From Elainellaceae cyanobacterium (lineage in GTDB: Bacteria > Cyanobacteriota > Cyanobacteriia > CAZCXK01): a DNA stretch of 17,063 nt. The translations under genes were made by a program, and so were the position numbers. Below are positions 1 through 7,308 of this stretch, one piece after another (positions within the stretch are counted from its first letter, which is position 1; each line of letters begins with the position of its first letter). The DNA lies in assembly GCA_051117555.1 (NCBI GenBank), contig JBNPEG010000177.1:1-17063 (forward strand), written 5' to 3'. The notes beneath the pieces are model-generated. The model was not told the origin of the DNA, did no database searches, and saw only the letters and a program-made list of their open reading frames with translations.

Positions 1-122
1 TAAAACGGGTCGAAAAGTTGCTGAAGATTTCAAAGCCAACATGAAGATTGTCTTCGATGAAGTTTTACCACAATGGAATTACACAGCCAAACCAGAATTA
101 CAGATTATTTAATTCCCGTTCC
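1..122 (+). mobile_element. Right end of an ISAzo13-like IS; putative IRR ending ...TTATTTAATTCCCGTTCC, followed by a putative 3-bp target duplication TTA (123-125)
   Basis: The transposase stop is followed by 10 nt, then the sequence switches abruptly to IS630 coding sequence at TTA-GAT-GAG-TGT-CAT (L-D-E-C-H). The left end is outside the window, so the IR cannot be confirmed. Confidence 0.65.
2..112 (+). CDS. ISAzo13-family transposase, C-terminal end (partial, runs in from the left edge)
   Basis: Frame from nt 2 (not in the ORF track) reads KTGRKVAEDFKANMKIVFDEVLPQWNYTAKPELQII*. The TGRKV...F...WNYT.P tail resembles ISAzo13-type transposase C-termini. Stop TAA at 110-112. Confidence 0.8.
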   Translation, partial: KTGRKVAEDFKANMKIVFDEVLPQWNYTAKPELQII

Positions 123-656
123 TTAGATGAGTGTCATTTGTTATGGGGAGATATCTGTGGCTACGGATGGAGTCGGCGCAATCAGCGCGTTGAGGTTGAG
201 GTCAAATCGACCAAAGAACGGCAAACCTACTATGGGGCTTTGGACTACTTGAGCAAACGCTTTATAGTGCAGGAGTACAGCGCAGGCAATGAGGACAATA
301 CGATTGAGTTTTTGAAATACCTCCAGTCGTTGGCAGAAGAATCAACTCGATGGATCATCATTTGGGATGGAGCCAGCTACCACCGCTCTCACAAAGTGAA
401 GGAGTTTCTGGCTCAGTTGAATAGCGGACGACCTGAGGAGGAATGGAAGATGACCTTGGTTCGCTTAGCCCCCAATGCACCGGAGCAAAATCCAGTGGAG
501 GATGTGTGGTTGCAAGCCAAACAGTTTGTTCGGAAGTATGCTCGCATGTGCAAGAAATTCAAGTCGGTTAAGTTGCTATTTGGACTGGTAACGCATTTGC
601 AAACCTTCGCTTTTCCTAAAGCATTCATGTACGGTTATTGTTCATGTCCTATTTGA
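123..656 (+). pseudogene. IS630-family transposase, C-terminal DDE domain, interrupted by the ISAzo13-like insertion
   Basis: Motifs LDECHLLWGD, IIWDGASYH and LAPNAPEQNPVEDVW give the IS630/DDE_3 D-D-E triad. Residues encoded upstream of nt 123 in the ORF track are unrelated read-through of the other IS. Confidence 0.88.
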
Positions 657-666
657 GAACGGTATA
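123..666 (+). mobile_element. IS630-family element, right portion, with putative right end ...CCTATTTGAGAACGGTA and TA target dinucleotide (665-666)
   Basis: The end overlaps the transposase stop and finishes in TATA, consistent with the TA duplication typical of IS630. Confidence 0.6.
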
Positions 667-838
667 TGAGTAGATGGGTGCTGCGTATAACCCGTTTTGA
701 ATCGGGACTGAAGTTTTTCGAGGAATTAGTTTAATCTTCCATCATTATTCAATTTAGCACTGGAATGAGCTGTTATTTATAGCATCTAATATCAACATTA
801 ATTCTAAATTAAAAATTGATCGCTGCAACCATTAAAGG

Positions 839-1315
839 GGCATAAAAACATTAATGTTTAGATGCCATAATGCCTGCCCAGCCAAACAGATAAAATATCG
901 TTTATCAGTTTAAGAGTTCAACATTATCTGTCTACTTAATAAAGCAAATCTTAAATGTTTAACTTCGCCACTATGCTCGCATTTTTGTTCTGAGAAAGAG
1001 CGTAGAGTTCAATAACTACCAACCTATATGCCTGACAAATGCTGAATGTATTATGAGGTAAGCTGCTTTCTGAATGACTGGTTAAGTCTAGCCTTCACGA
1101 AATCTTGTGCTATCCAATCCATTCAAGGTATGCGTCGAAAACTTGATCTACAAAGTCTAAAATCAGGCTCTACTTTTACTCGGTTTTTGTTTATATCACA
1201 CCCGGAATAAATTAAATTTATTAATTTTATTCATGAATACGAAATTCATGCAAAAAACATAATAAATAACACACAAAATCCATCAGAAGTGCAGACAAAT
1301 CCAACAATAATTGTT
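839..1315. promoter_or_regulatory. AT-rich upstream region of the globin/GTPase cluster with several palindromes (candidate operator sites)
   Basis: GGCAT-aa-AAACATTAATGTTT-ag-ATGCC (839-866); GATAAA-N6-TTTATC (889-906); AATAAATT-A-AATTTATT (1206-1222); TATTCATGAATA (1228-1239); AACAAT-A-ATTGTT (1303-1315). No ORF of 60 aa or more in the region. Confidence 0.4.
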
Positions 1316-1355
1316 AGAAAAGTAGAGATCCAAACCTTCATAGCAAGGAGACCTT

Positions 1356-1910
1356 ATGACGCTCGATCCCCATCTATTTATGACCACTATGGAAAAGCGA
1401 GTGGGATTCACAGATGAAGATAAATCTCTATTGAACGCTCATGCAGACTGGGGTAAGCAAATTGCGCCCGAAATGGCTGATCATTTTTATGCCTATCTCA
1501 ATCGCGATGAAGAGATGAGCCAGATCTTGAATGCCAAAGAAGGTCGGATTCATCGCCTTCGCGAAACCTTCGTGGACTGGTTTTACGAGATGTTTACCGG
1601 CATGGATGAATGGAACAAAGACTATGCCGAACGCCGCTGGAGGATTGGTCTGGTTCATGTCCAAATTGGGATTGGGCCTCAGCATGTCGTTCCGGCGATG
1701 GCAACCGTCGTTCATGAAGTTGGCAAGAAACTTCGCGAAGAAGGTAAAAGCGAATCTCTTCAATTTGCTCTCAGCCGCATTTGCATGATTGATCTGGCAT
1801 TTATAGAGCAAGCCTATGTAGAGGTCAGTTCTGCAGCAGTGCTTCGAGAGACAGGCTGGACAGAAGGCTTATTCAAGCGTCTGATTACAACGGGTGCAGG
1901 CTCGATGTAA
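1356..1910 (+). CDS. Stand-alone protoglobin / globin-sensor domain protein (184 aa)
   Basis: Pattern GFTDEDKSLL...ADHFYAYL...RLRETF..WF.EMF...YAERRWRIGLVHVQIGIGPQHV matches sensor globins: B10-like Tyr in FYAYL and proximal F8 His in GLVH. RBS AGGGAG upstream. No fused output domain. Confidence 0.88.
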   Translation: MTLDPHLFMTTMEKRVGFTDEDKSLLNAHADWGKQIAPEMADHFYAYLNRDEEMSQILNAKEGRIHRLRETFVDWFYEMFTGMDEWNKDYAERRWRIGLVHVQIGIGPQHVVPAMATVVHEVGKKLREEGKSESLQFALSRICMIDLAFIEQAYVEVSSAAVLRETGWTEGLFKRLITTGAGSM

Positions 1911-1983
1911 GGCTGAATATATCTGCTTTTCAAGGCAACACGTCACACATGATTTCTTCTAAATATTAACCAAAGGAACAACG

Positions 1984-2352
1984 ATGGCAATTAATACCGA
2001 GAAACTGGGACACATCTTACAAAATTTCGTCACCACCACAACGGATGTTCAAGGAGCAGCCGTAGTCACCCCCGATGGACTACCGCTGTCTACTAGCCTT
2101 CCCGGTTCAATGGATGAGGAGCGAGTTTCTGCCATGTCTGCGGCGATGCTTTCATTAGGGGAACGCATCGGCGTCGAACTCGCACGAGGCGGCATCGATC
2201 GCCTGTATGTTGAAGGCAATCAAGGGTTCAGCATCTTAACCAGTTGTGGTCAAGATGCAGTATTTCTAGTTCTAGCTGGAAAGGCAGCGAAGCAAGGTGT
2301 TCTCATGCTAGAGATCAAGCGGACGGTTGAAGACTTGAGACGTGTTTTATAA
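1984..2352 (+). CDS. Roadblock/LC7 domain protein (MglB/CvnB-like, putative GAP)
   Basis: 122 aa with VQGAAVVTPDGLPL, ERVSAMSAAMLSLGERIGVEL and GVLMLEIKR, typical of the Roadblock fold. RBS AAGGA upstream. Confidence 0.92.
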   Translation: MAINTEKLGHILQNFVTTTTDVQGAAVVTPDGLPLSTSLPGSMDEERVSAMSAAMLSLGERIGVELARGGIDRLYVEGNQGFSILTSCGQDAVFLVLAGKAAKQGVLMLEIKRTVEDLRRVL

Positions 2353-2477
2353 GCCGTTGAGTTTGCGAGTTTGATCTCGATGATCCTGCTGCAAGGGTGC
2401 ATCTTCCCCCTCTCGTCTGTTGCCCCCTTTACCGTTATTCCATGTATTAACTCAAGCAGCTTAGCGGAGCAATTTTA

Positions 2478-3095
2478 ATGGAACTCCTGCGTTTAGTCGT
2501 TACCGGAACTCCAGGGGCTGGCAAATCTACCTTTGTTCGATCCGTTAGCTCAATCGGAGCTGTTGATACCGATCGCACAGCGACCGATTCAACCGCAGAG
2601 ATTAAATCAAAAACAACAGTTGCATTTGATTTTGGTCGAGTCACTGTCGGCAGCGGACTGGAACTCCACGTATATGGCACACCAGGGCAATCGCGCTTTA
2701 ACTTTATGTGGGATATTCTCATTCGCAGAGCCCATGCTTACATTTTGCTAATCGCGGCGCATCGTCCCCACGAATTTGGCAAAGCGTTGCAAATTCGTGC
2801 CTTTATGAATGAGCATGCACCTTCAATTCCGATGGTGATCGGCATGACCCATCTCGATCGTCCGGGGGCGTGTGACCCGGAAGAGATCATGCTCCGGCTC
2901 GGATTTTTTGATCGAAATAATCGACCTCCAATGGTGGCTGTCAATGCGGGCGATCGCGCTTCTGCAAATCAAGCCATCAATGTGTTGCTGCTTGCCCTAC
3001 TCATGTATCGTCATCAGCTTCAATCACAGGCGACAACATCCCCAGAACCGCGACTTCGTTCAAGGCTTGGACCGCAAGCCATGATGATGCGCTAG
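2478..3095 (+). CDS. MglA/CvnD-like small GTPase 1 (ATP/GTP-binding protein)
   Basis: G1 GTPGAGKST, G2 TTVAFDFG, G3 YGTPGQSRF, G4-like THLD. Carries a ~25-aa extra polar/basic C-terminal tail. Confidence 0.92.
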   Translation: MELLRLVVTGTPGAGKSTFVRSVSSIGAVDTDRTATDSTAEIKSKTTVAFDFGRVTVGSGLELHVYGTPGQSRFNFMWDILIRRAHAYILLIAAHRPHEFGKALQIRAFMNEHAPSIPMVIGMTHLDRPGACDPEEIMLRLGFFDRNNRPPMVAVNAGDRASANQAINVLLLALLMYRHQLQSQATTSPEPRLRSRLGPQAMMMR

Positions 3096-3141
3096 CTGCG
3101 CACAATTCATTCATGTACATATACAGGGTTAGGAGGGATCG

Positions 3142-3687
3142 GTGACGCTTAATTCAGATGTGATCCGCATCGTGGTCACAGGGACTGTCGGCGCAGGTAA
3201 GTCTACGTTTGTACAAACTGTCAATCAATTTGGCGTTGTCGAAACCGATGAAATCGCAACAGATGCTATGGCACTGCGGAAGCCAACTACAACGGTTGCG
3301 CTCGATTTTAGTCGAATTGCACTCAGTTCTAACATCGTGCTGCATGTGTATGGAACGCCGGGGCAATCACGCTTTGATTTTATGTGGGAGTTGTTGATTC
3401 AACGAGCCCACGTCTATGTAGTGCTGGTGGCTGCACATCGCCCCGAAGACTTACCCCAGACTCGCGGCATTATGACATTTATGGCAGAGCGCACGTCTGT
3501 TCCAATGATTATCGGCATTACGCATACCGATTGTTCGGGAGCGATGGGTCCGACCGCAATTCTGGCTCAGCTAGGATATCTCGACCTCGGCCATCAGCCT
3601 CCCCACTTAATTATTAATCCTCATGAGCGATCATCTGTGTTTGCAGCGCTCGCTACGGCAGCTAATCAGATCATGATCCGTCCTTGA
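3142..3687 (+). CDS. MglA/CvnD-like small GTPase 2 (paralog of the preceding gene)
   Basis: GTG start with RBS AGGAGG. G1 GTVGAGKST, G2 TTVALDF, G3 YGTPGQSRF, G4-like THTD. Confidence 0.92.
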   Translation: MTLNSDVIRIVVTGTVGAGKSTFVQTVNQFGVVETDEIATDAMALRKPTTTVALDFSRIALSSNIVLHVYGTPGQSRFDFMWELLIQRAHVYVVLVAAHRPEDLPQTRGIMTFMAERTSVPMIIGITHTDCSGAMGPTAILAQLGYLDLGHQPPHLIINPHERSSVFAALATAANQIMIRP

Positions 3688-3727
3688 CGAATGCTACATT
3701 TCAACATCCGGCGCATCCCCGCAATCG

Positions 3728-5587
3728 ATGGAGTCATCCATGCCTGAGGCGATAGTTCGATATCCGTTATGCTTTCAAAGGTCGAATCAGCCTGTCATTG
3801 ACGCGCAGGTGATTCAACGCTTCAGTCAACTTGCTCAGAATCCATCTCCTTATCAGCTTCCTCCTGACTTGGGCTACTTTATTGGTCGTCAAGCCGAGCT
3901 GCATCAAAACTTGATTTTGCTTCAGCAGGCGGTCTATTCGTTTAATCCAGTGACTCGGATTATGGCGATCGCAGGGGATGCGGGGCTAGGCAAGTCAGCG
4001 TTTGCGATTCATCTTGCTCATCAGCTCAAAACCGACTTTCCTGATGCTCAACTTTATGTCGATTTGCGAGGGAATGAGCGTCATCCGACTGATCCTGCTG
4101 ATGTGTTAGTGAGTTTTTTACGCGCCTGGGGCATTGAGGATGATGCGATTCCTACTAATCTACCTGAGCGCTCCCAGTTCTTTCAGCAGTTGGTTGCGGG
4201 CAATCGCACCTTATTGGTGTTAGACAATGCTGCTGATGATACCCAAATTGCTCCGCTGATTCCGGCTGGGATTACCTGCGGCGTGATTGTGACCAGTCGC
4301 AAACCGTTACCTCGGCTTAATGATGCGGCGCGGCTCAAATTAGCTCCGTTTTCGGATGCTGACGCGCTGACGCTTCTGCAAACCCTTGCAGGAGCAAAGC
4401 GAATTCAATCGGGCGAGACGACTCATCGGCTGATTCAACTCTGCGAAGGCAATCCGCTGGCACTGTCGCTGATTGGCAGCATGGTTAACCATCCGCCCGT
4501 TGAGTCTCTTGAGAGTGTGATCAAACAACTTGACGCTGAGCGGCAGCGATTAGACCCACTAGGATCAAGCTCGTCTGCGATTCGGTCGTGCTTTATGGTC
4601 AGCTATCAAACCCTAAATCCTGATGCGGCTCGTTTGCTGCGCGGTTTGGGGTTATTATCAGAACCCGACTTCACGGCTGCGATCGCCCCAGCCTTGCTAG
4701 ATAGTTCTGAGGCTGATGCCCAAGAGGCGATCGCCCAACTCGTCTCCCGGCAGCTTCTACACCCCCTCGGTAATAATCGCTATCGCTTACATAGCGTCAT
4801 TCGCCGATTTGCCAAAAATCAGTTGGCGCTAGAAGAGTCTGCAGATGCTCGTCATGCGACTCGTCTCCACATCAGCCAGTGGTATTCTGACGCCGCTCAA
4901 GTTCTTAATCTTACGCTAGACCCTGCGACACGGGGTGCATTTACGCAAGCGGTTCATCAAATGAGCGATCGCCCAGATCCGCTTTTCCAGAATGCTCCGG
5001 CAGCGGCACTTAATTGGTTTACTATTGAGTATTCCACCATCTTGACAGCCTTTGAATGGGCAGAACAATCCCAAGATTGCGAACGGGTCGCGGCATTTGC
5101 GCTGAGCCTTGCGCCCTTTTTTGATAGGACTCGCAACCAAAACGGTTGGGAACATACCCATCAGCGGGCATTAGCCCTCACCCAGATAACGGGCGATCGC
5201 CTCAAGGAAGCCCAACTATGGACTCACTTGGGGCATCTTGACTTGCGGTATCAGCAGTTTGAACGGGCGAAAACCCGATACGAGAAAAGTATTGCTCTGT
5301 TTCAAGACCAACGCAATCTTCAGGGAGAAGCCCTGGGTTTAGCACATCTTGGGCTTTTAGAGCGAGAACAAAGTCAGATTGAAAAGGCGATCGCCTTTTG
5401 GGAAATTGCGTTCGAAAAACTTGCCGCCACTCCACCCGCCCAAAAGAAACTGATTCGATGGATGCAGATGACGGATAGCGCGCTGTTTGCTCAAATCAAT
5501 CGTTCTCAGAACGCTGAAGCAACGCCTGACACGGATAGTCTTTTCAAAAATCTAGGCGGCACGCTCCGCAAGTGGTTTAAGGGCTAG
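3728..5587 (+). CDS. STAND NTPase, NB-ARC + winged helix + TPR (AfsR-like core without an N-terminal DNA-binding or effector domain)
   Basis: QLPPDLGYFIGRQAEL, Walker A GDAGLGKS, FPDAQLYVDLRG, Walker B LLVLDNA, sensor-1 VIVTSR, GxP GNPLAL, MHD-like RYRLHS, TPR-like repeats (EAQLWTHLGHL..., EALGLAHLGLL...). Alternative start ATG at 3740. Confidence 0.88.
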   Translation: MESSMPEAIVRYPLCFQRSNQPVIDAQVIQRFSQLAQNPSPYQLPPDLGYFIGRQAELHQNLILLQQAVYSFNPVTRIMAIAGDAGLGKSAFAIHLAHQLKTDFPDAQLYVDLRGNERHPTDPADVLVSFLRAWGIEDDAIPTNLPERSQFFQQLVAGNRTLLVLDNAADDTQIAPLIPAGITCGVIVTSRKPLPRLNDAARLKLAPFSDADALTLLQTLAGAKRIQSGETTHRLIQLCEGNPLALSLIGSMVNHPPVESLESVIKQLDAERQRLDPLGSSSSAIRSCFMVSYQTLNPDAARLLRGLGLLSEPDFTAAIAPALLDSSEADAQEAIAQLVSRQLLHPLGNNRYRLHSVIRRFAKNQLALEESADARHATRLHISQWYSDAAQVLNLTLDPATRGAFTQAVHQMSDRPDPLFQNAPAAALNWFTIEYSTILTAFEWAEQSQDCERVAAFALSLAPFFDRTRNQNGWEHTHQRALALTQITGDRLKEAQLWTHLGHLDLRYQQFERAKTRYEKSIALFQDQRNLQGEALGLAHLGLLEREQSQIEKAIAFWEIAFEKLAATPPAQKKLIRWMQMTDSALFAQINRSQNAEATPDTDSLFKNLGGTLRKWFKG

Positions 5588-5719
5588 CTAAGTTGGTGCC
5601 GGGTCATTCAATACGCACCCCGATTCCGCATCAGCTTGGGTCTAGGCGTAGCGCTAATAGCGAGTCTTCGCGTTTGGCACAGTCTGGTTTACTCCCCGAT
5701 GTGCCGAGGAGGTCGTGAT

Positions 5720-6292
5720 TTAGTCGCTAAAAACAGCCTCGTAGAGGTCGGCTAGGGCAATTTCTACGCTGACTGATTGCAGCGTTAATGACTGGCTGTA
5801 ATATTCTGTAAATAGCCATTGGTTTTCGGCCTGTTTTACGTACTGCTCAACATGGGGCTTATATTGATCAATCAGGAGATATTCCTGAAAGGTGGGGATA
5901 GTGCGGTATGCCTCAAACTTGTCGCCTCGGTCATAGCCCTGAGTGGAGCCAGAGAGCACTTCCGCCATCAAAATGGGGGTCATCACCGTGTCCTTGCGTC
6001 CTGGCTTGAGATCTACCGGGCGGGATGTCACCATGATGTCGGGATAGGTATACACGTTGCGCTCAGGAATCCACAGACGCTGATCGGTCACAAACACGCT
6101 ATAGGATTGATTCCGCAATGCAAACCAAAGCAGGGCATTCAACGCACTAACAATGTTGTTATGTTCAGGAGTTCCCCCCGTCATTGGCACGATATCTCCA
6201 TCGCGGTACTCGTTACGAATGTCAGATTCTACCTCAAGCGCGAGATATTCCTCTGCGGTACAGGGTTTGGTTTGGCTAGAGGCAAGTGTCAT
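5720..6292 (-). CDS. Uma2 (DUF820) family PD-(D/E)xK endonuclease-like protein
   Basis: EYRDGDIVPMTGGTPEHN, YPDIMV, EVLSGST..YDRGDK..AY, EYLLIDQ; this family is highly expanded in cyanobacteria. Confidence 0.92.
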   Translation of the reverse strand: MTLASSQTKPCTAEEYLALEVESDIRNEYRDGDIVPMTGGTPEHNNIVSALNALLWFALRNQSYSVFVTDQRLWIPERNVYTYPDIMVTSRPVDLKPGRKDTVMTPILMAEVLSGSTQGYDRGDKFEAYRTIPTFQEYLLIDQYKPHVEQYVKQAENQWLFTEYYSQSLTLQSVSVEIALADLYEAVFSD

Positions 6293-6360
6293 GGCGTTCG
6301 TTCCTCTAAAATTGCTTTCCGTGCGGTTTTGTCTGTGATCCTCTCAAATATTCACCACAG

Positions 6361-6624
6361 CTATTCGATTCGTTGAATTTTTTCATTTTCAATCCACTGC
6401 TCAATCGGTGCCCAGCGGCTAAATCGATACTCTGGATCAAGCAGCACAATCAGAATGATAAATGACCGAGAACTGAACCGGCGGGTAAGGTGTCCGAGGA
6501 CTTTGCCCTTGGAATAGTGATCAAACTGGACGCGATCGCCCTTACGAAATCGAGATTGATAATCAGAGTTTGAAATTAGATAGGGTTGGGTAGACGCAAT
6601 TTCATCCATTGTTTCATGTATCAC
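6361..6624 (-). CDS. Small hypothetical protein (82-87 aa), possibly an SH3/KOW-like beta barrel
   Basis: Co-oriented with Uma2, 68 bp upstream of it. FRKGDRVQF..YSKGKV resembles KOW/SH3 starts and contains a HIP1 site. Start GTG 6624 or ATG 6609. Confidence 0.5.
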   Translation of the reverse strand: MIHETMDEIASTQPYLISNSDYQSRFRKGDRVQFDHYSKGKVLGHLTRRFSSRSFIILIVLLDPEYRFSRWAPIEQWIENEKIQRIE

Positions 6625-6730
6625 GGTAAGCTGGGGGCTACTTAATACGCCGGTTGGTGCATTTCTAGCTATCAGCTATTGGCAACGCGTTGGCGCATGG
6701 TATGAAACAACAGGGAATACACACGATAGG

Positions 6731-6864
6731 CTGCTCTGTAAAGGGTTAAATGTCCCCATTGGGGGCTTGTAAACCCCGTCTTTCTCAAAACCTGATGTGT
6801 CAAAGAACTCCAGGTCTAGAGGGTGACGGGCTTAAATGGGGATTTAACCCTTACATGGGAGATA
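6731..6864 (+). ncRNA. Candidate structured RNA: long rod-like imperfect hairpin, family unassigned
   Basis: TGTAaAGGGTTAAATgtCCCCATT (6737-6760) pairs with AATGGGGATTTAACCCTTACA (6835-6855); CCCGTC (6775-6780) with GACGGG (6825-6830); TTTCT with AGAGG (G-U pairs on the + strand); ACCTG (6790-6794) with CAGGT (6811-6815). Confidence 0.45.
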
Positions 6865-7109
6865 GGGGGCTCTTATTAGAAGAATCACGACGAACTCAGT
6901 AAATTCCGCATTAAGATAAACCCAATTTTATGAAGCTCACTTGAAGAGAGGTGTTGCTGATTTGGCTGATTTAGATGATCAATATGTGCTCATATGTGCT
7001 CAAAACTAAAGGGTGGGATAATACGGTAAGTGGGTGGGCGGAATCAAATGTAGTGGTCTGACATGCTTAAGATGATGCAAATCCTTAAAGGGCTGAAGCT
7101 CTTGAATCC

Positions 7110-7140
7110 GGTGCGTTATGCTGCGCTAACGATACCCTAC
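7110..7140 (-). repeat. REP-like palindrome (GTAG + hairpin)
   Basis: Minus strand reads GTAGGGTATCGTTAGCGCAGCATAACGCACC: GTAG followed by an imperfect stem GGT..CGTTA/TAACGCACC. Confidence 0.65.
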
Positions 7141-7170
7141 CTAATGCACAATTTTAGCTGTGCCACGCCA

Positions 7171-7308
7171 GTAGGATGGGTATAGCCCTTCGGGCATGGC
7201 TTCGCTAAAGCGATAGCGTAACCCATGCGGGCGTTGGGTTATTGCCTTCGGCAAGGCTGCGCCTTTCTTGAATGCCCCTTGGGCTATACGTACCTCAACC
7301 CAACCTAC
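7171..7308. repeat. Inverted REP-like doublet (GTAGGATGGGT...AACCCAT / GTTGGGTT...AACCCAACCTAC), each half interrupted by mini-hairpin inserts
   Basis: GTAG at the left end and CTAC at the right end. Internal triloop hairpins GCCC-TTC-GGGC, TGGC-TTC-GCTA, TTGCC-TTC-GGCAA, AGGC-TGC-GCCT and GCCC-CTT-GGGC. Confidence 0.7.

Noticed and set aside
48..122. N-terminus of the 202-aa ORF as part of the IS630 transposase
   Set aside because: It is an alternative frame of the ISAzo13-like transposase tail and IS end; IS630 similarity begins only at nt 123.
5819..6376. 185-aa plus-strand ORF
   Set aside because: Antisense shadow of the well-supported Uma2 gene, with no recognisable motifs.
6731..6864. 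Identification of the hairpin as 6S RNA or SRP RNA
   Set aside because: No two-sided central bubble or ~180-nt length as in 6S, and no SRP GGAA-tetraloop/AGCAG motif; left unassigned.
6956..7001. Short duplications GCTGATTT(G/A) x2 and ATATGTGCTC x2; also ATTTCCCCA x2 near 8275
   Set aside because: Only two copies each; such slippage duplications are common in cyanobacterial intergenic DNA and give no functional clue.
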